DNA of 64,000 nucleotides from a virus (IMGVR_UViG_3300033067_002502:32001-96000), one strand, 5' to 3'; positions 26,432 through 37,042 are shown, counted from the first letter of the stretch. The notes: generated from the sequence alone by a model not told the origin. Translations and numbers: made by a program.

Positions 26432-29275
26432 ATGGCTCTTACGAATAGATTACAACCAATTGTTGATACACCAGTTTTTGAATGGATGAGGTTTGCTCCT
26501 GTTGCAACAATAGCAACGTCTGCTTTATGTGCATCTGATGATACATCTTCTAGATATATGTATTATTTAGTAGGTTCTGCTTTTTATAGATATGACGCTT
26601 ATTCAGATTCTTGGCAATTGTTAGCTTCTCCTAATACAGCTCCAGTAACTACTGTTTCTCTTAAATATAGTAAATACTCAGGATATAGAGGACAAGTTAT
26701 ATCCGCAACAGGAACTACTGTAACTTTAGCGGGGCTTAGAAATGGAATTTTAAAAGATCAAATAATAAGAATTGTTGGAGGAACCGGAGCTGGTCAAGAA
26801 AGAACAATAAGCTCCATAGCAGATGCTGTTATCTCTGATTTTGGAGTTGTTACTTCTGCTGCTGCTGCTTCTATTGGTGATTCAACTAAAAAATGGAGAT
26901 TTAATCAATGGGAAGGCTATCAAGTAAGACTAACTTACAGTACAGGGCAATCTCAAGTTAGAAAAGTTTTATACAACGATACGACAACCTTATATTTTAG
27001 TGATACGAATTATCAACCAATTGATTCTTTTAGCAATACTGGTTTTTCTGCTGTTGCTCCATATGCAGTGCCTATAACAACAGCCGGCTCTCAGACTCAT
27101 TATGTAATTGAATCTTCCGTTGCAACTGTTTCTACGTGGGATACAACACCTGATAATACGTCAAGATTTGTTATTTTGGGAGGAGGTATTTTTCTTTTAT
27201 CATCTGCTGCTGCAACTCCTTTTATTTCTTTCCAATGGTATGATATTTTAGCTGATACGTGGTATACAAAAACAGCAATAGGAGGTCATCTTCTTGCTGC
27301 TTTTGGTACAGACTTTTCAATGGATAGAACTGGAGAGGTTGGTGGATCTTTTGACTCAGGAACATCGTCAGGAGCTGGAACTGCAAGGACTTTAGTTAAT
27401 TCCTCTGCAACAATGACTGTGGATAGGTGGGCTAATTATCAAATAAGAATAACAGGTGGAACAGGAATTGGACAAAGAAGAAGAATAGTCGCCAACAATT
27501 CTACTACTTTTTGGATTGATAGGAATTGGGATACAAACCCAGACATAACTTCTACTTATTCAGTATATGGGGATACTGACAAGATTTGGATGGTTGGAGG
27601 AGGTTTGTCTGTTATGTTTCAATATTCTATTGAAGCAGATCAATGGGTTACAGGGCCTATTTCTGATTCAGGTATTTGTAGAAACGGATCTGCTCAATTA
27701 TACGGAACAACACCAGTTATTCCAGAAGAGGCTTTTCCTATAACATCTATTGTTGGAACAACTACAGGAATATTATCTGTAGCAGTTAATGCTGCTGGTA
27801 CTAACTATGTTGTTGGAGATTTGGTTACATGCTCAACAACAGGAACTTTAGGTACAGCTTTTGTTACTTCTGTTGGAGCCTCAGGAGCTGTTACAGGTTT
27901 GCAATTAGCTGCATCAGGATCTGGTTATTCTGCAGGGTCTTCTGCCACAACCGGTGGCGCAGGATCTGGTCTTACTATAACCATAACAGTAGGAGGAACT
28001 GGTCTTGTTACAACGTCCATAAATCACAGTTTTGTAGCTTTGCAAAACGTAACACTATCTGGAGCTATTACTCAAACTCAATGGAACGGGAATTTTCAAA
28101 TTATAGGAGTTGGTTCTTTAACAACTTTCTCTGTTGCTCAAGGAGGAACAACAACTTCTCCAACATATAATGCTCAATCAACTACTGTTGTTTACGATGC
28201 GTCTTGCAACTGGATAACAAACGAGCATGTAGGAAAAGTCTTATCATTAAATGTTGTTGGAGTTTCTCCAACAACTCAATTAAGAAGAATAACTTCTAAT
28301 ACTTCAAACTCATTAACTGTTGCAACCATTGTAGCAGGAGTTAATGGAACGTCAAGGTATTCTATACAAGGTGTTCAGTGTTTTGGATCAATGCAAACAA
28401 ATAGAATACCTTCAAAATCAAATAGCGGATGGGCTACATCGGGAACTGGAACTACATTAGTTGATTCAACAAAAGCATGGAACAATAATCAGTGGATTAA
28501 CTGTAAAGTTCGAGTTATGTCTGGAACTGGAGTTGGAAACGAATCGGCAATAACATCAAATACAGCAACAACTCTAACTGTTGCTTCTTGGCCTAACGCA
28601 ACTCCTGACACTACCTCTAAATATTTAATACTAGATTCTTTTGGAATAGCTACATCTGGTGCTTTAAATACAATAAACGATACGGCAAAAAATTGGACTA
28701 CAAATATTCTTGCTGGAAAGAGAGTTAGAATTGTTGCAGGTACTCTTACTGGAACAGAGGCTGCAATTACGTCAAATACGGCAACTGCTATTACATCTAC
28801 AGTAGGAACTCCAGATGCAACGAGTGTTTATGTTATTTATGAAAACGCAGTAAGATCTACCGGCATCTCTTTAAATTGGTTGTTTGGATTAAGTGACACT
28901 TCTTTGAAAGGAAAGTGGTTGATATCTTCTAGAGGAGGAGCTTCTAATTGTTTTGATATTTATGATATAACAACAAATAGGTGGGATATTTCTCCAACAA
29001 TTAGTCCTCAGACAGAAACATTAACAACTGGATCTATGTATACATATGACGGAGTTGATACTATTTATTTTACAAGAGATGCAACAGGTAGAGTTTTTGC
29101 ATTGAATTTAGCAACACTTAAAATTGACGCATGTACAACAACTCCTTATGCTCATTCAACAGCAGTTTTGGGCAATAGAATGGAAATTGTTTCAACAGTA
29201 GATAATCTTGAGTATATATACATAATGAGACACGGTGGTCAAGAAATGTGGAGATCTTTAATATTTTGGAATTAA
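26432..29275 (+). CDS. Large fibre/receptor-binding protein: Kelch-like propeller with inserted repeats
   Basis: Blades YRYDAYSDSW, WYDILADTW, QYSIEADQW and IYDITTNRW, plus about six D..K.W..NQW..VR...GTG.G modules. Confidence 0.65.
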   Translation: MALTNRLQPIVDTPVFEWMRFAPVATIATSALCASDDTSSRYMYYLVGSAFYRYDAYSDSWQLLASPNTAPVTTVSLKYSKYSGYRGQVISATGTTVTLAGLRNGILKDQIIRIVGGTGAGQERTISSIADAVISDFGVVTSAAAASIGDSTKKWRFNQWEGYQVRLTYSTGQSQVRKVLYNDTTTLYFSDTNYQPIDSFSNTGFSAVAPYAVPITTAGSQTHYVIESSVATVSTWDTTPDNTSRFVILGGGIFLLSSAAATPFISFQWYDILADTWYTKTAIGGHLLAAFGTDFSMDRTGEVGGSFDSGTSSGAGTARTLVNSSATMTVDRWANYQIRITGGTGIGQRRRIVANNSTTFWIDRNWDTNPDITSTYSVYGDTDKIWMVGGGLSVMFQYSIEADQWVTGPISDSGICRNGSAQLYGTTPVIPEEAFPITSIVGTTTGILSVAVNAAGTNYVVGDLVTCSTTGTLGTAFVTSVGASGAVTGLQLAASGSGYSAGSSATTGGAGSGLTITITVGGTGLVTTSINHSFVALQNVTLSGAITQTQWNGNFQIIGVGSLTTFSVAQGGTTTSPTYNAQSTTVVYDASCNWITNEHVGKVLSLNVVGVSPTTQLRRITSNTSNSLTVATIVAGVNGTSRYSIQGVQCFGSMQTNRIPSKSNSGWATSGTGTTLVDSTKAWNNNQWINCKVRVMSGTGVGNESAITSNTATTLTVASWPNATPDTTSKYLILDSFGIATSGALNTINDTAKNWTTNILAGKRVRIVAGTLTGTEAAITSNTATAITSTVGTPDATSVYVIYENAVRSTGISLNWLFGLSDTSLKGKWLISSRGGASNCFDIYDITTNRWDISPTISPQTETLTTGSMYTYDGVDTIYFTRDATGRVFALNLATLKIDACTTTPYAHSTAVLGNRMEIVSTVDNLEYIYIMRHGGQEMWRSLIFWN

Positions 29276-29292
29276 TTGTTTAGGAAATTATT

Positions 29293-29700
29293 ATGTCATA
29301 TACAGTATCAATATCTTTAATTTTAGGAAGTAGTCAGATTGGATTAGATCTAGTGTGTCAATTATTTGATACATCAGGAACCGATTATGGATCTCCAATT
29401 TCTTCAGGTTTTGCAGAGATTGGTTTGGGTTATTATTTGTGGACCGGAGATGTTCCTTCTGGATTTAGAGGTGGTTTGAAAGTTTATCCAAATGGGTCTA
29501 TTTCAAACATTCTTACTATAGTTGCTATAAATCCAGAAGAAATTGAAAATGTATATCAATTAACTGAAATAGTTACAACATCTCCTAAAGAAATATCAAT
29601 AGAAGTCCCTCATGTTGCAGCAACAGGAACAACAATTGATGTTGTTTCTGGTTCTTCAGAAACTTCTAGGTCTATAGAAATTAAAACAGGAATAAGATAA
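29293..29700 (+). CDS. Virion structural protein, paralog of the 19290 N-terminal domain
   Basis: Shares IS..LG....GL.L..QL..T.G..GF.E.G.G.Y.W..P..FRGG.K.Y with 19290. Confidence 0.65.
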   Translation: MSYTVSISLILGSSQIGLDLVCQLFDTSGTDYGSPISSGFAEIGLGYYLWTGDVPSGFRGGLKVYPNGSISNILTIVAINPEEIENVYQLTEIVTTSPKEISIEVPHVAATGTTIDVVSGSSETSRSIEIKTGIR

Positions 29701-30989
29701 TGAATCAAAGAATATATATAGAGTATAGAGTATCTGGTGTTTTAACTGAAGCATATTCTGTTAGGCTTGCGTCTCAAGATGGTTCATATGGAGTAAAAAC
29801 TAGTTCAGGTTCTGTTGTTGTAAGTAACGGAACTTCTGTTACATCTTCTTCTACTGGAATTTACGAATATAGTCTTTCTGCTACAGATGGAATAGAATAT
29901 ATTGCTTCTTGGGAAATTGTTCCAGAAAACGGAGATCAAGCAGTATTTGCAACACAAACAGCTGGTCCTTTTTCTTCAGTTGCTGTTACTCCAATTCGTT
30001 CAGTGCCAGATGTTAGAGGTAATTTTGTTCAAGGAACTGTTGGTACTCTTTTCTTAAGTTTAACAGACGTTCACGGTAATCCAATTACTGCTGAGTCAAC
30101 TTCTTTAACAATAAGCAAAGATGGAACTGAAATTATATCAGATGTAAGTCCTGATTTTATTAAGGCAGGATTTTACGCTTTTGATTGGAGTATTTCTTCT
30201 GATCTTGAAGTTGGAAATTATTTAGCAACTTGGACTTATACAGCTGATGGTTATACTGGAGCTGAACTTCAAGAAGTTGTTATATCTGAAAGCGGAGATA
30301 CAATTAATTCTGATTTGAATCTTTATGGAGGTAAAATAAGTGCATTAAGGACAGCGTTAAATGAAATGATTTGTTGCGCTCAAAAGATTCCTGTATATCA
30401 CGAACAAGCGTTGCCAGATATTTATAATAAAAAATTTAAATTAACGTTTCCAAGATGGAATCAAGCATACGGAACAAGAGTTTATCGTAACAATAAATTA
30501 GTAGAAGGTTCTTATGAAATTAATTATTTCAAAGGAACAGTTATTTTTGATAACTCTCTTTCTGAATATGATATGGTTCATACTGATTATAATTTTAGAT
30601 GGTTTGATGATCAACAATTAGATAGATTTATGTTCAATGCCTTAGCTATATCTAATTTTTATCCACCTCATACTGGATATAATATAATGAATGTTCCTGA
30701 TACTTACATACCTCTTATTCTTTATGGAGCAGCAAAGGATGCAATAAGAGAATTACTTATGTGTCTTAATTTTCAACAACCTCAACAGGTTTTTGGAGGA
30801 GCTGATGCTGCTCAAAAGGCTTTTTCTAATATGGAAACATTAAAAAAGAATTATGAAGAAGAATTTACAAGGCTTTTAGAACAGAAAAAATTTGGTCCTT
30901 ATCCAAAGACGAGATCTATTGTTACTCCTGAATTTACTCTTCCAGGAGGAAGATCTAGGTGGTTTAACTATATGTTTAAAGGCAGTTAA
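29700..30989 (+). CDS. Putative head-tail adaptor/neck protein with Ig-like N-terminal domains
   Basis: Beta-rich N-terminus and helical C-terminus (WFDDQQLDRF..NALA); assignment mainly by context. Confidence 0.45.
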   Translation: MNQRIYIEYRVSGVLTEAYSVRLASQDGSYGVKTSSGSVVVSNGTSVTSSSTGIYEYSLSATDGIEYIASWEIVPENGDQAVFATQTAGPFSSVAVTPIRSVPDVRGNFVQGTVGTLFLSLTDVHGNPITAESTSLTISKDGTEIISDVSPDFIKAGFYAFDWSISSDLEVGNYLATWTYTADGYTGAELQEVVISESGDTINSDLNLYGGKISALRTALNEMICCAQKIPVYHEQALPDIYNKKFKLTFPRWNQAYGTRVYRNNKLVEGSYEINYFKGTVIFDNSLSEYDMVHTDYNFRWFDDQQLDRFMFNALAISNFYPPHTGYNIMNVPDTYIPLILYGAAKDAIRELLMCLNFQQPQQVFGGADAAQKAFSNMETLKKNYEEEFTRLLEQKKFGPYPKTRSIVTPEFTLPGGRSRWFNYMFKGS

Positions 30990-31006
30990 TATAAAAGGAG
31001 TTCTAG

Positions 31007-31309
31007 ATGTCAATTACAGATCCAGAAGTTATAAAGTTTTCTAATGAAAGTGTTCGTCCGTTATGTGAAAAAATAAGAGCGTTAAAGGCAGAAATTCTAT
31101 CTCTTCAAACGCAATGGTATTCTGGAGTAAATCTTAAAGTTCCAAATACCAGTGAAATTCTAGATGATGGACGTAACGCAAGAGAAGGAGTTTCTATTAT
31201 TACTGGAGCTAATATAAACAGTGCTTTATCTGTTTTTATTACAATAGCTTCTTCTATTAATGATGAAATAATATCAATACCTTGTTCAAATCCATTAAGG
31301 ACTCAATAA
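31007..31309 (+). CDS. Hypothetical protein
   Basis: SD AAGGAG; 100 aa. Confidence 0.65.
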   Translation: MSITDPEVIKFSNESVRPLCEKIRALKAEILSLQTQWYSGVNLKVPNTSEILDDGRNAREGVSIITGANINSALSVFITIASSINDEIISIPCSNPLRTQ

Positions 31310-31683
31310 TGAAAATAATAAAATCAAGTTCATTTTTTAAATTTGCAGAAAATAGATTAGATCCTAAAATTAAACAAAAAATTAATCAAGAATTTATTCG
31401 TGCAGGATTAGACGGTAATGGAAGATTTGAAAAGCCAGGTAAAATATTAAATACCATAGCTGGTGTTTTGGGTCGTTTTGGTTTTGAAATTACAGATACT
31501 CAAGATCTTTATTCTTTTCCAGAAAATAGAAAAGAAAATATTAATAAATCATTAAGAATAAACCTTTCAGCCCCTCAAGAAAGTCCAATGTCTCCAGGAC
31601 CAGAGGTTTCAGATAGTCAAGTTTATGTGAGTTATCAAATGCTAGAACCATATAAGTATGAGGCTGTTGTGTATATGACTTAA
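31309..31683 (+). CDS. Hypothetical protein, possible internal head protein (start revised)
   Basis: TAATG coupling with the upstream gene; N-terminus MKIIKSSSFFKFAE contains a K-x-A motif. Confidence 0.6.
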   Translation: MKIIKSSSFFKFAENRLDPKIKQKINQEFIRAGLDGNGRFEKPGKILNTIAGVLGRFGFEITDTQDLYSFPENRKENINKSLRINLSAPQESPMSPGPEVSDSQVYVSYQMLEPYKYEAVVYMT

Positions 31684-31702
31684 AATTGCCGACAATATAC
31701 AT

Positions 31703-32050
31703 ATGGAAAAAAATCAACCAACATCTAATGAAATGCTCGCAAAGCTTAAAAAGCTAGGATTAGAAAATGAAGTAGAATTTATTTTTATACCTTCTGTTGA
31801 GCTAAAAAATAGAATTATTAGAGGAGGAGATTCTATTATTGACAAACTCCCTCCTTTGGCAAGAAAAGTTTTTTTAGAATTACCAGAAGGTAAAGGTATT
31901 GCGTTATACTTTCCTACAGTTTTAAAATATATAGACAAAACCTTAGATAGAAATAATTCTTATATATTTGATCTTGGAGAGATAAGAGTTCGCAATGAAA
32001 ACGAACTTATAATTAAAGCATTAAATAGATCTAATAATTTGCGAAAATAA
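31703..32050 (+). CDS. Hypothetical protein
   Basis: 115 aa, preceded by a GCCGACAA motif, no SD. Confidence 0.6.
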   Translation: MEKNQPTSNEMLAKLKKLGLENEVEFIFIPSVELKNRIIRGGDSIIDKLPPLARKVFLELPEGKGIALYFPTVLKYIDKTLDRNNSYIFDLGEIRVRNENELIIKALNRSNNLRK

Positions 32051-32142
32051 TTAGAGGCATTTATGTTTAGTTATCTGTATTAGTGATTATTAGTAAATAG
32101 TCGTTTTTGTCTTCAAATTTTAAATTGAAAACTAACTTGGTC

Positions 32143-32208
32143 AAAACTTTCCTAAAATCAAGCAAAACAGCTTGTATTTCTTCGTAAAAGAAGAAATAGG
32201 AAAGTTTT
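32143..32208 (+). promoter_or_regulatory. Structured RNA element (three-way junction) in the phoH leader
   Basis: A perfect 12-bp stem AAAACTTTCCTA/TAGGAAAGTTTT encloses the hairpins CAAGC/GCTTG and TTTCTTC/GAAGAAA. Confidence 0.5.
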
Positions 32209-32228
32209 TTATTTTAACTGGAGTATAT

Positions 32229-33032
32229 ATGTCAAGAAAAACAAAAGGTAAGAAAGAAGTTAAGGATTTTTCTTTTATAGAACAACACAATCATACAAAA
32301 TTACTTGTTACTGTTACTGCTAAAAATGCAGGACAGAAGAAAGCATTAAAAGCTATATCAGAAAACCAGGTAACTTTTTTATATGGAAGTGCTGGTACAG
32401 GAAAGAGTCACTGCGCTGTAGGTTGGGGTATTCAAGAAATGCTTAAAGGTCATTATGATAAATTAGTTTTTACAAGACCTTACGTTGAGGCTGGCGAAAA
32501 GATGGGATTTTTACCTGGAGGTACTGATGATAAATTTGCTCCATTTGTTATGCCTCTTTATGAAATTGTTGGAGACTATTTAAGTGCTACAGATATTAAA
32601 GAAATGATAGAAAAAAAGAAAATTATTATTTATCCATTTGCTTATATGAGAGGAGTAACTTTTAAAAAATCATATGTTGTAGCAGATGAATGTCAAAATT
32701 CAACAGTACAACAAATGAGAATGATACTAACTCGCCTTGGTGAAGGATCTAAGCTTGTTTGTACAGGAGATACAGAACAGTCAGATCTTGGTTCTAGAAT
32801 GAATGGATTATCAGATGCTATAAATAAATTACAAGGAATAAATGGTCTTGAATTTGTAGAACTTGGTTATGAGTCATGTGTTAGAGAGAAGATTGTTTCT
32901 GAAATTGATAAAAGATACAGAGATTCAAATTCTTCTTATCCAAATTTGATAAAAGCAAGAGAAAATATAAATAAAAATAATGGAGAAATTCCAAATATTA
33001 GTCATTCAATTGAAAGCGAGAAGTATGATTGA
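32229..33032 (+). CDS. phoH: PhoH-family ATPase (start revised from 32172)
   Basis: GSAGTGKS Walker A, TRP.VEAGE.MGFLPG, AYMRG.TF, DECQN, LTRLGEGSK..TGD..QSDL; GGAG SD before 32229. Confidence 0.95.
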   Translation: MSRKTKGKKEVKDFSFIEQHNHTKLLVTVTAKNAGQKKALKAISENQVTFLYGSAGTGKSHCAVGWGIQEMLKGHYDKLVFTRPYVEAGEKMGFLPGGTDDKFAPFVMPLYEIVGDYLSATDIKEMIEKKKIIIYPFAYMRGVTFKKSYVVADECQNSTVQQMRMILTRLGEGSKLVCTGDTEQSDLGSRMNGLSDAINKLQGINGLEFVELGYESCVREKIVSEIDKRYRDSNSSYPNLIKARENINKNNGEIPNISHSIESEKYD

Positions 33033-33044
33033 CGATAATAGCAT

Positions 33045-33914
33045 ATGCTCTATGCTAATAATATTACAGATTGGAAAGAAGGTTTAAATCAAATTATTTG
33101 CGGAGATTGCAATGATATTGTTGGTTTATTGCCAAATAAATCAGTTGATGTTTGTATAACCTCTCCTCCATATTGGCAGCAAAGAAATTACGGGTATGAT
33201 GGTCAGATAGGCTTAGAAAAGAGTCTATCTGATTATTTATTGGTAATGGTTGATTTTTTTGATTCAGTAAAAAGAGTTCTTAAGGATGATGGAACTCTTT
33301 GGATTAATATGGGAGATTGTTTTAATGAAAATAGCGGAGGTTATTTTGACAATAAAAAGAACGATGCTCCTAAAATAGGTAAACACAGAATAAAAACAGA
33401 AAAGTATCAAAAAGAAATACCTAGACGATCTCTTTTAATGATTCCTTATCGTTTTGCTATAGATATGATTGATAAAAAAGGATGGTTTTGTAGAAATCAC
33501 ATTATATGGAAAAAGAAAGTAGTTCAACCAACAACAGCAGAAAATAGATTTACAATAGATTATGAACCTATATTTATGTTTTCTAAAAAACAAAGGTATT
33601 TCTTTAATAAGAAAAAAGTAAAATATGTTCATAATGATAATATTTTTAATTCTCCAAGAGAAAGACGCTCTGTTTGGGATTTGAGCTCAGAACATACTGG
33701 AAAAGTAGAACATTCTGCTCCGTATCCAGAAGATCTTGTTGATATTATGATAGACGCAACGTGTCGTCCAAATTCTATAGTTTTAGATCCATTTATGGGG
33801 TCAGGAACGACAGCTTTATCAAGTAAAAAGAAGGGTTTTTCTTTTTTTGGAGGTGATAAGGGTGTAGATATTTGTAATAAAGCTCAATATAGGTTAGATT
33901 CCTTCAAATATTAA
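33045..33914 (+). CDS. DNA methyltransferase, N4-cytosine/N6-adenine beta class
   Basis: The catalytic ITSPPY motif precedes the SAM-binding VLDPFMGSGTT; also H.APYP..L. Confidence 0.92.
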   Translation: MLYANNITDWKEGLNQIICGDCNDIVGLLPNKSVDVCITSPPYWQQRNYGYDGQIGLEKSLSDYLLVMVDFFDSVKRVLKDDGTLWINMGDCFNENSGGYFDNKKNDAPKIGKHRIKTEKYQKEIPRRSLLMIPYRFAIDMIDKKGWFCRNHIIWKKKVVQPTTAENRFTIDYEPIFMFSKKQRYFFNKKKVKYVHNDNIFNSPRERRSVWDLSSEHTGKVEHSAPYPEDLVDIMIDATCRPNSIVLDPFMGSGTTALSSKKKGFSFFGGDKGVDICNKAQYRLDSFKY

Positions 33915-33939
33915 AGGGATTTACTACAATTGTTTGAAT
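33915..33939 (+). promoter_or_regulatory. Putative late promoter AGGGATTT-N11-TTGAAT
   Basis: Matches the 5087 motif (19 nt from AGG to TTGAAT). Confidence 0.55.
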
Positions 33940-33967
33940 TGGTAAATGGTTAAGGAGATCAAGTAAT

Positions 33968-36900
33968 ATGAATGTTTTTAGCATAATAAATAAATTAAAA
34001 GATAGTTTTTTGAAAGAAGCAGTATCTTTAAAAAAATACAGACAACCGGATATAACTCAAGACGAAAAAGATAAACCTTTTTCATCTTATGTTCCTCCTG
34101 TAGCAGGAGGAGGTCTTATTCCTCCTAAAAAGCAAAGTCCAGCCACTGGAGGAGATTTGTCTGTTGATAAGTCTCCTATTTCTAATTCTAATATTGGGAA
34201 TAGTCCTGTTGTGCAAAAGAAAGACACTATCGCTAAAACTGTTCCTCAATTTTTGCAAGTATATAAAGTGATGTTTAATAAAGAAGTATCAGATTTTTCT
34301 AGCAGAAATCCAATTACAAATTATCAAATTATTGAAGAAATTTTTAAGCCATTTTTATTAGAACAAAGAGAAAGTCTTGAAAATAATCTAGATCTTCCTA
34401 ATTGGGAAAACAGGCTTGAAGCTCTTAAACTTTTTGAAGAAGTATTTAATAATGAAATAAGAGGACATGTAGAGGGAGAGTCTGTTCCAGAAGATTCTAT
34501 TGATAGAAGACAGTATCCTGATTTATCTGATAAGGAAATGAGAAACCTTATTGAAAGAAATATTAGTTCGTTTGCAGGAGGTATGGGTGGAAGATCTAAG
34601 GCTTTGAAACAAATTGCAACTCTTCCAGAAATTGTTCAAAATGACGCTAATAGTAGGCTTTTTGAAAGAATAAAAACAGAGTATCAAGGAAGTATAAATC
34701 AAAGCGAATTAACAGATCAAGATAGAAAAGATTTAATAAAAATCTTTATGGATAGTTATTTAAATACCGCAAAAGCTAAGAATCCTCAAGAAAAAGCAAA
34801 AATTCAATCTAGATTAATGGCTCTTATGCCTGATATGGAAAAAGATCCTTATCTTATTCCTGAAAAAGATGATTTTGAAAGAAGTACAAGGAAAAAACCA
34901 AAAGTGAGAGGTAGGCGTAGAGATGAAGCGGAGGATATTTTAGATGCTCCTAGAGAAGATTTTGCTAAGTCTTTTCAACTTAAAAAAGAATCAGCAAAGC
35001 CGGTTCCTGTTATAAATCCTTTTGATTTTATTGAAAAAGAATTATTTCAACCAGATTCTTTAAATAAAGAATTATTCTTATCTTTCTTTTTAGAGAAAGG
35101 CAATACAGGTCTTATTCCAGTTGAAGATTATTCAGATCCAAGAGATTCAGCTATTTTAAGAGATCAGTCTGGTACTTATAAATCCGAAGCAATGGGTTTA
35201 GTTCAGCAGCATTCTAAAGAACTTGCAGAAATTCTAAAAGGGATTATGACTAATCCAAACGATCCAAACCATGATAAATTCTTTTCATGGGTTCTTAATG
35301 AAATAAGAAGATTTGGAATAAGAAAAGAAGATCCAAGAAACACAGTTGAAGAATCTAGTGCTGTTGATTCTGATGGAAAGGCAATGGGAGGAACACTAAC
35401 TAGCTCAGATGTTGGTTTTGCTTCAGAATTCCGTCTTCCTCTTTCTAAAAACGTAATATTTGAAGAGGGATTAAAGAATACAGGACCAAAAGTAATTCCT
35501 GGTAAAACAGTTGATTTAGATACTATTGAAAGCTTTAAGCAGAATGCAATGAAATTTATTGGATTTGTTTCAGATATGTTAAAAAACATGGAAGAAGTAT
35601 ACAGTACTTCTGATAATAAAGACTTAAAGAAGGCAATTTTAGAAAGACTTGTTTATTGGGGAAGAGTAAAAAGATCTTGCGAAGATTCCGCTAAAGTGAT
35701 AATTGGAGAAGCAGAGTCTTCTAACAGAACTGGAAAAAATCTAACTGATAGAAGATCTATTCTTATTTTAAATCAAAATTGGGATGACTTTTTCAAGAAG
35801 GAACATTTTATAGAATATGGATGGAATTTAGAAGATTCTCCTGATATTTCTTCAGCAGTAAATCTTGCTATTAGAGATAAACTTCTTCCTATTGATGGAG
35901 GGTTTATACAAGATCCCAACCAAGCATATGAAGAAATGTTTGGAGGAATTGATATTAGCGATAGAGGTGCTGCAAACAAGATATTAAATAGATCAAGAGG
36001 TAAACTCCCTCTTTTGAAAGATCTTATTATAAATCCAGAACTTATACAAAAGTATGATCGAGATACTTTGATATCATTTCTTGACGTTATTGGTATTCCT
36101 CCAGATTCTATTAGTATAGGAGCTTTACTTGCTAAAAATAACAAAGGGTCATTTGAGAATAAAATGAATTATCTTAGTGAATTATCAAGAAAAGGAGTTA
36201 TTCAGAAAAATGATGCAGAAATTGAAAATATGTCTCCTCAAGAAATATCAGATTTATTTGAAACAGTTAGATCTCATTTAGAAATGATTTATTCTACAAA
36301 TGGTGAATTAAAGAAAATGCTAGGAGATTCTAGTATTGTTAATGTTAGTGATCAAGAAGTTTCACGTATTGCTTCTGAAGCAGGCATTTCTAATATTAAT
36401 AATAAGGAAGATTATAGAAAAGCAAATAATGCCGCTAAAATGGCTATTACTGCTCAATTTTATAAAACAAATTTCGGTAAATATTGTGTAGAAAAAATTT
36501 CAAATATTGAAGCTTTTGAAATCTATGTTGAAAAATCTATTAGAGAATCTTGTAATAATCCAGCATTTTTGCAATCTAATGGTTTTTCAGATAAAAATGA
36601 GTTTTTAAATTCAATAGGAGTTGAGCCTTTGAATATTGGAGATTCTGTAAAAGAAATGCCAGAAAGAAGACTTTTTCAAATTGCAAATAAGCACTATAAT
36701 AAGTTATATAAAGCTTATAGAAAAGGATTATTGTCAAAAGGTCTTTTGGATAAAAATAAAGATAAAACAGTTGAAGAAGTTGTTAATAGTATTATAGATT
36801 TACCTGAAATAGAGCCAGCTAGAATGTTAAATCAATTACCTGATGCTTTGTTTTTTGCAGAAGCCCTTGATAGCAAGCCTTCCGAAAAAGAAGCTTCTGT

Positions 36901-37042
36901 AATCTATGAAATTATTCGTAAGATTGCTATGCAAAAGAAAGAAAATCAGTCGCTTCTTTTAAAGCAAAGATTGTCTAGATTTAATGTCGATACACAGGGA
37001 GTGGACGATATTCTTGAAAAAATAAAAAATGGAAGAAGATAA
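33968..37042 (+). CDS. Large helical hypothetical protein, possible internal virion protein
   Basis: 1024 aa, strong SD and a late-type promoter; FLKEA near the N-terminus and IRKIA near the C-terminus. Confidence 0.6.
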   Translation: MNVFSIINKLKDSFLKEAVSLKKYRQPDITQDEKDKPFSSYVPPVAGGGLIPPKKQSPATGGDLSVDKSPISNSNIGNSPVVQKKDTIAKTVPQFLQVYKVMFNKEVSDFSSRNPITNYQIIEEIFKPFLLEQRESLENNLDLPNWENRLEALKLFEEVFNNEIRGHVEGESVPEDSIDRRQYPDLSDKEMRNLIERNISSFAGGMGGRSKALKQIATLPEIVQNDANSRLFERIKTEYQGSINQSELTDQDRKDLIKIFMDSYLNTAKAKNPQEKAKIQSRLMALMPDMEKDPYLIPEKDDFERSTRKKPKVRGRRRDEAEDILDAPREDFAKSFQLKKESAKPVPVINPFDFIEKELFQPDSLNKELFLSFFLEKGNTGLIPVEDYSDPRDSAILRDQSGTYKSEAMGLVQQHSKELAEILKGIMTNPNDPNHDKFFSWVLNEIRRFGIRKEDPRNTVEESSAVDSDGKAMGGTLTSSDVGFASEFRLPLSKNVIFEEGLKNTGPKVIPGKTVDLDTIESFKQNAMKFIGFVSDMLKNMEEVYSTSDNKDLKKAILERLVYWGRVKRSCEDSAKVIIGEAESSNRTGKNLTDRRSILILNQNWDDFFKKEHFIEYGWNLEDSPDISSAVNLAIRDKLLPIDGGFIQDPNQAYEEMFGGIDISDRGAANKILNRSRGKLPLLKDLIINPELIQKYDRDTLISFLDVIGIPPDSISIGALLAKNNKGSFENKMNYLSELSRKGVIQKNDAEIENMSPQEISDLFETVRSHLEMIYSTNGELKKMLGDSSIVNVSDQEVSRIASEAGISNINNKEDYRKANNAAKMAITAQFYKTNFGKYCVEKISNIEAFEIYVEKSIRESCNNPAFLQSNGFSDKNEFLNSIGVEPLNIGDSVKEMPERRLFQIANKHYNKLYKAYRKGLLSKGLLDKNKDKTVEEVVNSIIDLPEIEPARMLNQLPDALFFAEALDSKPSEKEASVIYEIIRKIAMQKKENQSLLLKQRLSRFNVDTQGVDDILEKIKNGRR

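Noticed and set aside
32143-32208. Hammerhead ribozyme
   Set aside because: The three-way junction lacks the CUGANGA core.
33045-33914. Restriction-modification system
   Set aside because: No adjacent restriction endonuclease is recognisable; orphan methyltransferases are common in phages.
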